Source: Monocercomonoides exilis PA203 (Eukaryota; Protista; Preaxostyla). From it: 64,000 bases of DNA. Position 1 is the first letter of the stretch; each line of letters opens with the position of its first letter. This document shows positions 22,401 through 31,475 of this stretch, piece by piece. The position numbers and the translations under genes were made by a program. The notes below the pieces were generated by a model. The model was given only the letters and a program-made list of their open reading frames with translations, was not told the origin of the DNA and searched no databases. The stretch lies in the NCBI GenBank assembly GCA_001643675.2, contig LSRY02000028.1, forward strand, positions 868,001-932,000, given 5' to 3'.

Positions 22401-24324
22401 TCACACCAGCGGCTTCCATCACTTTGTAAACGCAAACCTGGATGGCAAAGAAGATTGGTTGAAGATATTCCACTTGATCTACATGGGATGTTTCCTCTGT
22501 TCCTGTGATAATTTCCTCGACAATTGAATATTCTGCTCCGAGTTCCTTCAGGCAATTGTCTATTCTATCCATCCATTCTCGAAATACAACATTTTCTCTG
22601 TATAGTTCTCTTCCCATTCCGTACCATTGCGATCCTTGTCCACAGTAAACAAGGCACAGCTTTCTCAACTTTTCAGTAGGTGTTAATGAAGCAAACCGAG
22701 TTTGGACAATTCCTGTATCTTTCTCGTCATTCACAAAAGCTCTAAGTTCTGCAATTGCTTTCTCTTTTGAGTCAGCTACAAAGGCAAGCCTACACTGCTT
22801 GTGTTGTGTTCGATGGCAGCCAAGTGTATATGCTACATGCTGTATTGGTGCCGATGATGGCATTTCCAAATAATCTGCAAGTCGTTTCGCTTGTTCTTTC
22901 AATGACTCAACAGAACGAGCAGAAAGCAGAAACAGTTCATCTCTTTCGATTTCTTTTACACCACTCTTCACATCTTTCAATCCTTTGCCTCCTCTGTATT
23001 CTTGAATTACACATCCACCATTCGTGCCTCCAAAGCCAAAGGCTGAAACAAGTGCAGAGCGAGGAACTTCTGGCCGTAGAGGAGCTGGGAATTTTGTTGT
23101 TGTTGTAACTATTTTCATGTTAAGCTTTTTCAAGTCAATGTTCGGATTAGCTTTTTTCACATTTATTGTTGGAGGAATAACTCCATGCTTCATCACCATA
23201 GCCATTTTAATCAACGAAACGATACCTGCTGCAGGTTCTAAATGCCCAACATTTGACTTTGCTGAACCGATGAGAATTGGATTTCCAGTATCACGCCCAA
23301 TATTAAGCACAGAACTAACTGAGCGACATTCAATAGGATCTCCAACAAAAGTACCTGTTCCATGAGATTCAACATAAGTAATGTCAGCTGTTGATATACT
23401 AGACTTTCTCAGCACTTCTCGAATCACAACAGCTTGCTGCTGCTCAGATGGAGATGTCATTTGTTGTTGATAATGGCCATCCGACCCAACGTGGGTTCCT
23501 CTGATAACTGCAAAAATTCGATTACCATCCCTTTCTGCATCAGACAAACGTTTCAAAAGGACCATTCCACATCCTTCAGATCTCACGTATCCATTTGCTT
23601 TTGCATCAAATGCCTTGCAATGTCCGTCTGGAGAGAGCACTCCAAGTTTTGAAAATCCAATTGAAATTTCGGGAAACATCATTAAATTTACTGCTCCGCA
23701 TAACGCTGAATCGCATTCGTGAGTTCTCATCGACTGGCAAGCACAATTTAATGCAACAAGCGTTGAAGAGCAAGCAGTGTCTACAATGAATGAAGGACCA
23801 ATAAGATTGTAAAAATATGATATGCGATTTGCAACGATTGAAGTAGAAACGCCAGTTTGTGTGTGAACATCAATCGTATTAATGTCCGGAAATTGTAAAT
23901 GTGAATAATCTGTTGCAGAGATTCCAACAAAAACTCCAGTTCGACTTCCGCTCATCTGCTCAAGTGCAACTCCTGCATTTTCGAAAGTTTCATAAGTAAC
24001 TTCTAGCAATAGTCTCTGATTTGGATCAAGGGTCTTAGCTTCTCTTGGCGATAAATAGAAGAATTTCAAATCTACCTCATCGATATTATATCCTTTCAAA
24101 AAGCCACCCTTATCTTGAATAGATTTACCAACAAGTCCAAGGTTTTCCGGATCATGGAAATATTTCCCATCCCAACGATCCTTTGGAATATCAGTTATTG
24201 CATCATAACCTTCAAGAAGCAAGTTCCAAAACTGTTCAGGTGAGTTTGCACCCCCTGGCAAACGCGCACCAAGTCCAACAATGGCTATTGGATCCTGGGG
24301 CCCCAATAAATCTTCAGAAATCAT
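13477..24324 (-). CDS. Iterative highly reducing type I PKS/FAS: KS-AT-DH-cMT-ER-KR-ACP plus C-terminal fungal-FAS-type MPT domain (3615 aa, intronless)
   Basis: KS: DPIAIVG, DTACSS, ESHGTGT, KSNVGHLEPAAG. AT: GQGSQW, GHSLGE. DH: WVLDHCLQGNIVVPG, LDSCLQ. cMT: ILEVGAGTGG, IIAANVVHAT. ER: LIHAGSGGIG. KR: YLVTGGTAG, GQANYGSAN. ACP: GLDSL (Ser at 15478-15480). MPT: YVFTGQ, GHSLGEY, IVNYNV, PFHS, YQFASPVQWIDTQ, VIEIGP. The probable ATG is 24324 (MISEDLLG); the ORF upstream of it is AT-rich and looks non-coding. Confidence 0.95.
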   Translation of the reverse strand: MISEDLLGPQDPIAIVGLGARLPGGANSPEQFWNLLLEGYDAITDIPKDRWDGKYFHDPENLGLVGKSIQDKGGFLKGYNIDEVDLKFFYLSPREAKTLDPNQRLLLEVTYETFENAGVALEQMSGSRTGVFVGISATDYSHLQFPDINTIDVHTQTGVSTSIVANRISYFYNLIGPSFIVDTACSSTLVALNCACQSMRTHECDSALCGAVNLMMFPEISIGFSKLGVLSPDGHCKAFDAKANGYVRSEGCGMVLLKRLSDAERDGNRIFAVIRGTHVGSDGHYQQQMTSPSEQQQAVVIREVLRKSSISTADITYVESHGTGTFVGDPIECRSVSSVLNIGRDTGNPILIGSAKSNVGHLEPAAGIVSLIKMAMVMKHGVIPPTINVKKANPNIDLKKLNMKIVTTTTKFPAPLRPEVPRSALVSAFGFGGTNGGCVIQEYRGGKGLKDVKSGVKEIERDELFLLSARSVESLKEQAKRLADYLEMPSSAPIQHVAYTLGCHRTQHKQCRLAFVADSKEKAIAELRAFVNDEKDTGIVQTRFASLTPTEKLRKLCLVYCGQGSQWYGMGRELYRENVVFREWMDRIDNCLKELGAEYSIVEEIITGTEETSHVDQVEYLQPIFFAIQVCVYKVMEAAGVKPDIIVGHSLGEIAAAHVSGALSIEDATRVAWERSKGQKFCNGMGHMAAVTGEKDDLLSLIEGKKVDIAGHNAPTRWNISGETEDMNEVERVATENEESSIRVRRLLVDEPMHSQYVDLVHDQIISGLKGITPLRPSTPLVSTYTPLEKEVKMDGEYWWASLRNPVQFMGAILEMIRRTSTDSSGDEDSVKNEEDEDKKEDGSSHSAKEIEWVFLECGPHNVLRTFLGEIMGSEGKPFIYVPTLLRKAENERMLMLRSLANVYCLGYNLDLKKSVFVPYNTYDERKARVLFEESSLSAKEDVSEYCFVEGLPLYAWTRTQCWNESPMQHEHRLGPADGHPIARIRQDTLNPCWQSDISTSHIPWVLDHCLQGNIVVPGVTFVECILTCGRRVFGDRPFWLRDVQFLNAFYMNKGETVRVNISFDPIHKPGSRSATVNAYNVTLSSRVLPKGEFTLHCAVVMEAEEEVIKREKQQLTTIPLLQPDFVPSQPSQAFDTIDLDAYRKMCPIEIPIDQFFAQLWTDGLELKRQLRLTRRIWINDRDNPLMSLAYIEVNPETTEEELGKWGFMYPPFLDSCLQSGLSAREKRGAFFPVEAVRASFIRSVPKTARHCWSLSRKDPITGRLSMTCCDDEGKVYGSLQDVLIRYLESGKRGSKLGMIGGAETPMFEHKWEQIATLPSSSSETQSKSAAFPIISFDELDKDFGNTTGLPSLDNAQFLEECNAMMNGIGSEFQTKEMADVVVPMNNTLTVAIILEVFRSKLNLWKEEAELIRSKKIDVSAIKAIPVKQLAESVNILPFYHRLFLLLSRYLSEAGYLTLSLTPEAQQKANTEPTFFIENYVIAPLAPFFHDETQTLPHNEDCNALAAEILTKYPQMRPSTTLMMDVGRRMKDVIVDGENAVTLIFKDKGLADAVYRDDGEVRTLNYVTQGVLQRLVAAVQAQKKNKEAAGLSEEETVLKETKSDCPLKILEVGAGTGGTTAYLMEFLDPLTTTYTYTDISASFFGTAKQRFSRYASFMNFQTLNIENSPVEQGFEPHSQDIIIAANVVHATSDLSATLSHIQQLLKPGGYLILLEALSGLKWLDIVFGLTDGWWALKDTKFRQHPLLTPDMWRDILKETGFSSSHVFNEWTAGIQGDSQQKKIFARLGVTVAQASQLPKEQIDKQIALFSEKKQEWIEHATEAGKSKATTTCVVFVEDRNLVSGRLISSLLRDGHIVIGATHSPLPNAKESDSASLLHQLCASSQNVLPNDPQKPYGSLLDEKEISAFLQNFYAIYIPDASTKRDGYDSIFNLVTEKKLPAIVALVHLWSLDLPCVAKTEDEVKHGFEMNIYSPLYMAHALMDASKTPAVSSHITTWGVTEGVWCVTGRSQGMVKGEVGLGQSTIWGLNRSIINELDSVHPRSLDIARCPGSTEVSGVVGILSSTALDAKEKAEKEGSSPSIKAPTSAVVELCETEIAVRGNKCFGQRLIQFHDSSELALVEKSLPSIPLAPSSNSSASASASASSASSSSCTGASESYYTLTTPRKNLLCLEERFRMAELPAGEVEVEVAASGVVYRDVMMWTWQLPENARQGSNLGIEFAGIVRRIGDGVTRVKVGDRVFGVGRECCGLYTVVHEKNVGLCPNDGKYSWDQLGAIGLEMSTVYYSLVTVAKVKKGDYVLIHAGSGGIGLCAISLCRHFGAIPIVTTRSEWKRNYLSKMGVPYVLSSESPAFAQECKKITNGKGVNIVLNSLPSQELIHAGLSSLCKGGVFVEIGKVDLYQGTMVSLLPFISNITYRVVAIDQFIYDNDDILSEVFDGCSKLLCSNSFVPPPVTTFALSQAEDAYSFMKDGRHVGKVVIAPISSNLPLCGECTSSSNEYTSLCVPHFRRVIGAESQGNYIDATKTYLVTGGTAGFSLSLATGLLKRGAKYLAVSSRSGKGDSTRQQHFEALRKKYGADIRVFKCDASSPEETRAMLAEIRKTMPPITGVIHGAMLLHDGYMMNLDDKAFWEVLGPKSFGAWLIHEDTVRNNDPITMFVLLSSLNVVVGTHGQANYGSANMFLDSLSLYRRSQGLPCISVQWGVLGGVGYVHRNTTTLGANMGQFGFRAFSSDWANRILHTCLEAQADIEDEHIGRKRFLEENAGHHSLSASLAQLQAETFKKLPMGLRPFSLRPENEAQHPSHFFDGAESLTNIRAARRVFNHPLSVPVTVGVFNVSWEPLFAFMASLAETGRFKYIKEQVDREIELRSETSKSNESGSATESTSSSSTSKSGQYASVAEALRTIVSPEESVAFLAQAIAKESARVLGISSEEEISIDVPLSQYGLDSLTAVEMKNWTEKQVKVDIPVVDFVRGPSSDQLARSMLAKFYEKFQRPKQSTPSETGEATTSGTSTASSASTASTKQSERATEKAQSLPEKEFEEHKEKKKQPLTAYVFTGQSGLKAGVGMDIYELYPEAKEIWDKCDAHFMEELGISILKIVRENPIEYKIDFTDGEKGRILREKYMNFRITNDDAVMKEVHSVDPTINSRAFPNVAPDTPHFIFHSPTGLLSMTHFAQPIIIIYEYVALACLRSHQNSKQIKEDLSNRHLFCGHSLGEYCALTAMGGIASAEEMAMVCFMRGMVMQSCVPRDPVTHMTDYAMAAVSPMRVAPWFKIEHLKNVIECTVNSCGGRLLQIVNYNVYNDQYVVSGEKYAIWQLSIVLTHVEEQTRKKNEDSSFKYDEELLAKSILSEIDRFCYEAISAYPYASTPIKLPRTTSVMPLEGIDMPFHSSVLRKVVPLFRSFLDSRLPSVDAFAYADRLIGKFITNTYSKETFSLSLSYVRQLIAVTNSPYLREAVGQLVDPSVNEMVLIHGMKNSQSSSSSNAYPPWLSMSNNEKARLLLRESLSYQFASPVQWIDTQNTFMLNGIRRVIEIGPSKTLSTMFSKSIMRLKEQGEQGHKIQQFIIRMNNRSSPNATEKGKATLGAVNSGIEILTFATDREVLEQLVKEEVQN

Positions 24325-24503
24325 AAATATTCGCTCGCAAAAATCTTTACAGATCTTAACACCCATACAAACTATTTTCAATCGAAAAATCAAAATAGTT
24401 ATGTGATAATCATTTTTTGTTAATTTTAAACTGAAATGCAATATATTTTCAGACTTAAATGAATAAAAAATTGATATGGCATTAATGATCATAATTTATT
24501 TGA
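24325..24503. promoter_or_regulatory. Divergent promoter region (179 bp) shared by the PKS and POLR3C
   Basis: Head-to-head ATGs at 24324 (-) and 24504 (+). Confidence 0.5.
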
Positions 24504-27500
24504 ATGGAGCATAATGATTATCTCCTGGCTTCAACAATTGTCAATCATTATTTTGGAGATGCTGCAGCAGTTAGTTATTTTTATTATTATTAAATTTGTT
24601 CAATTTTGTTTAGAAAATTGTAACATATTTGCTGAAAAGACCAAAACGAACCGCTTACGATGTAGTGTTATCAACTGGACTAAAACAGGAAGTAGTTCAA
24701 CCAACGATACTCACTTTAATTAACCATAATATTGTAATTTTCGAACTATCACCTCTTCCACCTTCAGAAGGTAAAACGTCCCAAAAGCATCCAATTTCTT
24801 TGTCACTTTTATCTGCTGATTTAACCGCAATACTGATGCGCTTACGCTTCAAATCGTTTTCGTACTTCATTTTACAACAATACGGAATGCTGTCATCTCT
24901 TCTTTTTGATGTCTTTCTCGAAAAAGGAAGATGCTCATTTCAACAGGCTGTTTCTGCTGTTGTCAAACAACGTCCCGATCTTGCTGACCAAATAATAGGA
25001 CATATGAGTCGAGGTGATGGTAATGTTGTTGATAAAGCCTTTACGGCTCTGACTGCAAATCATTTCTTGATCAGAAGTTCTTTATCGAAGTTTGTTGCTT
25101 TAGTTTAAAATTAGCCGAAATCAATGGGAAATTTTTTTTAAACATTATAAATATATTGTTTTGTTTTGTTTTGTTTTGTGTTAGCTTTGATTCGACTCCA
25201 CTTCCGGATGTTGCTTCAATGTCTTTTCAGACTCCATCTTTTGCGACCCCTTTCTTTGCAGCTCCAACCTTTCCAACTCCTGACTCTCAATCATCCACTT
25301 CATTGCCTACGCCTCCTCCAGAAGGAGGTTCATTTTCATACACTCCAGCTGCTCCAGTTCAATCGTCGCAATCACTTTCACCCCACAGCGCTTCTTCTTC
25401 TTCATCCAAGTCATCGTTGGATCAATCCGTTGCTTTTAAAGAATCATCTTCTTCATCTACGCTTTTCCCTACAGCAGCAAATGATGCTCGGCAAGCAAGC
25501 TTATCTCCTTCTTCGTCTTCTGCTTTTTCCATTGCTTCTTCACTTTCACCAGCACCTCATCAATACCAGCCATCATCATTATCACTTTCTTCCTCTTCAG
25601 TTACTTCTGCTTCTTCTTCAGTTTTTTCTTCTCCTTCACCTTCTTCTTCTCCTCGACCGTCTTCTGTAGCCTCCACCTCGTCCACTGCTTCATCTTCCCA
25701 CATTCCTCTTTTCCGAGTGAATTACTACGAGTTCAGCAATGTCTTCTTCCGCCACCAGCTGCTCACTCCTTCATTCGGACTCACTTTTCTCCCAGCCACC
25801 GCCACAACTGACCCAAAGGCTCTTCTGTCCTTTCTCGCTATTCAGATCCTCAGCAGGCCAAACCTACCGTTCCGCTTGCTTCCGTTTGAGATGAAGCTTG
25901 TTTTGGACACATTGTTTGACTTGGGAGAAGGAAAAGGAGAATATGACGAGTCTGACAAGCAGGTTGGAGCAGCTGGGCAGATGGGGATGGCTGGAGGAGC
26001 ATTGAGACAAGCAGCACTGGCGAAGGAATTGGGTGCACAAGGGGGCATTGCAGCAGGAAAGGATAAAGCGAGTAGCGGAGCAGGTGGAGAATCTGGAAAA
26101 CAAAAGAAAGGAAGGAAGAAATCGGAGGAGCCGAAGAAAGCGGGAAGAGGAAGGAAATCAGAGACGAAAGACTCCGGCGCTTCCTTATTGAATGAGATTA
26201 TCAACAACGAGCTGCATCTTGATATTGGTTCCGGTGCAGGGATGGGCGCAGCAGGTGTCATATTGGGTGGGGTGGGTGGAGGTGGTGGTGGAGGTGGAGG
26301 TGGAGGTGGAGGTGGAGGTGGAGGAGGATCTGGTTACTCTGAGAAAGGAGTGGGCGAGACATCACATTCATTCACGTTGGAGTCGTTCTGCACTGCGATT
26401 CAGCAGAACATTTCGAGGACGCCAGCGGAGTGGGAAATGCTGCTTCGCTTTTTGTGTGAAGAGCCTCCTTTTGTTCTCGAGATGAAGACAACAACACAAA
26501 TCGTGTTTTCTGTAAGTATGTTCAAATGGAAAGTGTTAAAAAAAATTTTTTTTGAGTCTGTGATTTTATTTTGGTTTTAATGTTTTCGTTTTGGCGATAT
26601 TAATTTTATATGAAATCGTTGTTTTTGTGTATATTGTGAGAAAACGCATTCACTTTGCTTTTAACTTTTTCCTCCTTTTATTTTAATATTTTGAAATTCT
26701 CATTTTTTTTTTTTTTCTGTTTTTGTGATTGATTCAAATTGTGAATTTTATTGAAGATTATCTTGCTCTGAAAACAACGCTGAAGGAAAGGCTTCTCGAA
26801 GACTATATTCTGAAAGAGTATGTTTCTCTTTTGAATCATTGAATTCACTCATTCTATTGCTTGATATTTCAAACTTATAATAAATGACTCATTTATATTT
26901 ATTTATTTATTTATGTGTATTTTGCAATATGTTCTTGTGTTTGATTCAGAATTCGTTTCATACACACCACTGCCAATTCAGATGAAGAGAATGCAGCAGA
27001 AAATGATTCAAATGACGATGCCTTGTGTGTCTGGCGTATTCTTCGCCGCGGAGATTACATCACATCAAAAGAAGTGTGCAAATCCAATCGAGTTTAACTT
27101 CTATATAAGTTTTCTCAAATGATTATTGAAAATAATTAAAAATAAATTATTTTTTTTTTTTTTTTTGACAATTAATAAAATGAAAATCACTGAATTAATT
27201 CATTCATCTTTCATCTGTCCATTTTTATCAATAATGCTATTTCTCTTTTTCTTTTACATCTTTTTTTCACAGATTTCTGAAAAAGGCCTTCTCAATCTGT
27301 TTGATGTGAATCGCTTCTTGTATCAACTGATGACTAACTCACTTATTTCTTGTCAGGTTTCTCTTTCTTTTTCATTCCAATTTCCTTCATCTGAAAAATT
27401 CATCCATCCAAAATAATAATAATTCATCTCTATTTATTCTCATTCTTAATTTTTAATTTAATTTTCTGCTTCATTTTTATTTAAATTTATAGGAAATCCC

Positions 27501-27908
27501 ACAAACATCAGAATATCGCCCTCAAAAAACAACTTATTTGTGGAGACTCTCATTTGACGATGCTGCTGATACCATCCTTCAAAAGCTCTATTTTTCTGCT
27601 GCAAATCTTCTGATTAGATATTGGAAAGAACAGTCAATTCTGAAAGTTTGTTTCAAAAAAATTTTTGTATAAAATTTTTATCTTCTGATAATTATTCGAC
27701 TGTTAATCGATTTTTCACTTTGATTTCACAATTTCATTTCAAAAAATGAACTTGCTTTTAGGCACTTGGAGATTCAATCACTTCAACTACTTCTGCAATT
27801 GCTCTCCCAGATTCACAGCGCTTCCAACAAATGAGAAAAGCTGTGATGCGTCTTGAAGCCGACCTTATTCGAATTGACAAATGCATAATGATCCTTCGCG
27901 ATTTTTAG
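24504..27908 (+). CDS. POLR3C: RNA polymerase III subunit RPC3 (RPC62/RPC82) with Ser- and Gly-rich inserts
   Basis: Exons 24504-24569, 24614-25089, 25185-26515, 26757-26817, 26950-27073, 27273-27356, 27493-27645, 27762-27908. Motifs LASTIVNHYFG..KIVTYLL, LINHNIV, LMRLRF..QQYG, FRVNYYEF, CQEIPQTSEYRPQKTTYLW and terminal IDKCIMILRDF. Confidence 0.85.
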
Positions 27909-28132
27909 TGTTCTAATATTTCACTTCACTTTAATTTTTAAAAATAACAATAAAAATTTAATTCTTTTACTATTGTTCCCATATCTCGCATAATTGTTGA
28001 TCAACTTAAACCAAACTAAAATACAGAAAATTCACGAAAAAGAAAAAGCTTCATTTTAGCATTAAGTATGGAGCTGTCGATTGCATTTTCGTTTTTAATT
28101 TATTTTAAAATTTTAATGTGTATTTGAAGGTT

Positions 28133-30583
28133 ATGAAGCAGTCAAATAAGAGCAATACTTTAGGAATAGATCGAACTTTTGTTTCTTCTTTTGAGAAAAA
28201 TGTTATTGATGTTTTACTTCAGTTACCTAGCATTCATTCAAACGAAAAACAATTTGAATCATTGCTTAAACAGTGGAATCGACGCGCTCAAGAGTTTACA
28301 AAAGAAGGGAATGATTTATTTCTCAAAAATCCTCAATTCAAATCTTTGCTTCGGGGAAAGCGCTTAACTGACAACGACATCACCGAAAATCTTTTTTTGT
28401 TACTGAAAATGGCAATTTTTTTAAGTTTGCAATCCGAGGAAGCTGATGTTTCGTCAACAATTATACAACTTTATGAATCGGAAATCATGGTTGATGAAGC
28501 ATCAATTGCATCCCTTTGTGGAGATAAAAAACAACAACTTCAATGTTCTCCAGACAGTGAGGAACTTTTTCAGAAACTCTCCGATTCTTCCTTGTCATCA
28601 ATTGCCACAATAATTTCACGAGGAGTATATATCCAGCCATCAATTGTAGAATCGATCATCGAATATTCTTTCAGTACTTTTGGAACATTATCGCGTGCAT
28701 CTGGAAATGGCACTATAAAATATCCGTCTTGGCCTTTGATCGCTCTTCTTCTTTTAACAAACAACATTACACCTGAGACTTCACCAATTCTAACAAACTA
28801 CGCACTAAATCCATCGTCATTTCTTTTTCTTGTGCGCTTATCTTCTATCACGCACTCACAGTTCCATCCTCTGCCTTTTATCACACATTTGTATCTGTCT
28901 CATGTATCTATTCGCGACGAGGATATCTTTTCTGATGCTGCTTTGTCGTTGCTGCTCACGAATGCTGATGCCCAGCAAATATACTCTTCAATGCCTTACT
29001 CATCAATGGAGCAAGCTCAAAAGCAGCTGAGCATCCAACTTGAAGGGAATGAAGACGAATCCGTCTCAGAAAAGTCACTCACTTCACCAGTTCGGCGAGA
29101 AAAGAAGAGGAAAAGCAAAGTGGATGCAATAAATTCCAGCAGCAAATCCAAAATGACTCCAGTTCCTTCGCCCCTTCCGACAGCTCGTCCGCTCACCGCC
29201 TTGCAAGTAACAGAAAGTATTCAATCGCTGAAAAGGAAGAAGGAGACAGTCATTTCTGTTTCATACAGAACATACCCAACTCTTCGACATTCACTTGTTT
29301 GTACATCCTCATCTCGCATCCTCAGTTCTTCTTCTGCTGCTGCCCCAACTTTAAAAATGCCTCCTCAGGAGTTTTATCTGCGCATCCTGTTTTCCAACCA
29401 TGTTTCTTCTTCGCAGCTCACAAGCGCTCTTCTTTCCACCCCTCTGTTTCACACTCTTGTCACAGAGCCGAGCGATGATGAGTCTGTAAAAGAAAGTGAG
29501 AAAGACAGCAAATCTGAAAAATACCCGGAAAAGCCGCTCGCATTGGAAGTATTAGCTCTTCTCCTGACACAGCTGGAAGGCTGGGTGAGGGCTCTTCGGT
29601 TGTCTGAGTCTTCCATTAGCAGCAGGCCAGACATCATAACACCTGAGCGTCTATTATCATCACGCACAGATCCAAATCCGATGATCTATGCTGTCAGCTC
29701 ACTCCACTCGCTTTCTCCACCTCTTCCTCATTCATCGGCTGTGTTATCACTTGTCTCCTCTATTCTCGATGTGTTCTCGCCCACACTCATCAGACAGGCT
29801 GAGTTCCATCCGCTTGTCGCAAGAATGCGCAGTTCTGTGTCTGCCGCTGCGATTTCACTCCACTTTATGACAGATGTGAAAGGGCTGATTGGAGGGCTTG
29901 TTGAAGAAAAGGGATATTCTCGGTCGAAAATGAACGAAGCTGCCTTTGCAACAGATGCAACATCTGGATTGGCTGATGAAAAGGAAGGAAAGAAAGGAGA
30001 AGGGAAAGAGTTTGACTTCTCAGCAGTGCCAGAAGCCGAAGACTATCTGTGTGTGTTGGCAATGCATTCGCTTCTTCCTGCGCAGTCTGCAACAAATCTG
30101 ATGGTCAAATATGTTGGACCAGACAAGGAAAACAGCACAGCCCCTAGTTCAGAAGGTGCCTCTTCGTCTTCCAAGCAGCAGAGCTGGACTGTGCAGAGCC
30201 GCCCATTCATGCTTCCCCCGCAGCAGCTGATTGAAAGTGGAGAGTGGTGGAGAGAGAAGAGCTGGTGCGACACAGTTCAGTGGGCGTCTGCAGAGCTGAA
30301 GGGGGAGAGGATGTTCATCAGAGATGCTTCTGCCAGCAGTGCGCTGACGGCTGTGACGCTTGTGAGGCAGAGCGATGAGGCGATTGTGCAGACTGTTAGA
30401 AAAAGAGTGATGAAGGGACAAGAAGGATCAAAGAAGTCGAATGATGGAAAAGACAATGATGCTTCTGGAGACAAAGAAAAAGGAAACAATAGAAATGCTG
30501 TGCTTGAGAGTGTTATTGCTCAAATAAAACCTTCTGTTGATTTGCCGCTTGTTGGGTATGATGTGATTGAGATACCTTTCTGA
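28133..30583 (+). CDS. Uncharacterised ~816-aa protein; C-terminal helices weakly resemble NOL11/Utp8-type nucleolar proteins
   Basis: Long open frame with coding-like composition. VLSLVSSILDVFSPTL..LVARMRSSV and terminal GYDVIEIPF recall the NOL11 C-terminus. The start is uncertain (a short upstream exon from ATG 28068 is possible). The CDS is secure; the identity is weak. Confidence 0.6.
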   Translation: MKQSNKSNTLGIDRTFVSSFEKNVIDVLLQLPSIHSNEKQFESLLKQWNRRAQEFTKEGNDLFLKNPQFKSLLRGKRLTDNDITENLFLLLKMAIFLSLQSEEADVSSTIIQLYESEIMVDEASIASLCGDKKQQLQCSPDSEELFQKLSDSSLSSIATIISRGVYIQPSIVESIIEYSFSTFGTLSRASGNGTIKYPSWPLIALLLLTNNITPETSPILTNYALNPSSFLFLVRLSSITHSQFHPLPFITHLYLSHVSIRDEDIFSDAALSLLLTNADAQQIYSSMPYSSMEQAQKQLSIQLEGNEDESVSEKSLTSPVRREKKRKSKVDAINSSSKSKMTPVPSPLPTARPLTALQVTESIQSLKRKKETVISVSYRTYPTLRHSLVCTSSSRILSSSSAAAPTLKMPPQEFYLRILFSNHVSSSQLTSALLSTPLFHTLVTEPSDDESVKESEKDSKSEKYPEKPLALEVLALLLTQLEGWVRALRLSESSISSRPDIITPERLLSSRTDPNPMIYAVSSLHSLSPPLPHSSAVLSLVSSILDVFSPTLIRQAEFHPLVARMRSSVSAAAISLHFMTDVKGLIGGLVEEKGYSRSKMNEAAFATDATSGLADEKEGKKGEGKEFDFSAVPEAEDYLCVLAMHSLLPAQSATNLMVKYVGPDKENSTAPSSEGASSSSKQQSWTVQSRPFMLPPQQLIESGEWWREKSWCDTVQWASAELKGERMFIRDASASSALTAVTLVRQSDEAIVQTVRKRVMKGQEGSKKSNDGKDNDASGDKEKGNNRNAVLESVIAQIKPSVDLPLVGYDVIEIPF

Positions 30584-31475
30584 GACAATTCTCGTTGAAT
30601 TGATGCCTTCCTTTGCATGATAACTCTTCCATTTCATCTAAACATTTCACCTTCAAATCATTGTTTTGCATCAAAATAAAAATAATAAAATCAGGTTGAT
30701 TGTTAATTTTCTTTCTTTCTTTTTTCTTGAATTTAAAATGGAATTATTGCTTTATTAAGCAGTAACGATGAAAAAAGCTGCTCATAATAATAATAATAAA
30801 TATGCCTTGAACGAAAAGCAACAGCTGGAGAATAAAGATACTCGATATTTGAATAAAGATCAAAAAGCCATCACAATGATAATGATAACAAAAATAATGA
30901 ATATGCAGTAAGATCTCAAGAAATGGCAGAATTACAGAAAATGTTTTATGAATGAACAAATGAATGCAAATGCTAATTTTATTTTCTTTCAAAAGCAAAC
31001 GCAAATTACACGGCTAATGGCTTTTGGTATGTATTAAGAACAGACATATCATCGCTCTCCTAAAAGAAAAAAAAAACAGAAGAAACAAGATTAACAACAA
31101 AAAGACAAATGAATCAAAAAATATCAGTAAACAGACATATAAAATTACGAAAAGAATGTTTTGACTAACTCTTAGAAATTAATGCTTCTGCAAAAAACTT
31201 AAAAAAAAGATAATAATAAAATATTAAATGGAAAACGAAACAAAAAGAAAAGAAACACAAAACAACAGAGACTAAAAGCTTAAATCAAAGAAGAATCAAT
31301 AGAAAGAATATAAACACTCAAAAATCAAAATATTAAATTATTATTATTATTATTATTATTATTAACATTAATATTAAAATAATAAAAGAATATTATTCAA
31401 ATTATCAATAAATCGAATTATGAAGATTACATTTCCAATCACATTATACTTTCTCTCTCTCTCTCTTTCTCTCTT

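Noticed and set aside
13477-24324. PKS as bacterial contamination, or lack of introns as proof of lateral transfer
   Set aside because: The gene is contiguous with intron-rich genes and carries host-style poly-Ser linkers. Native genes here also have very long exons (USP 9.7 kb, CLU 4.2 kb).
24325-24492. First 56 codons of the 3671-aa ORF
   Set aside because: AT-rich, no KS homology, and it would fill the whole divergent promoter. ATG 24324 lies just before DPIAIVG.
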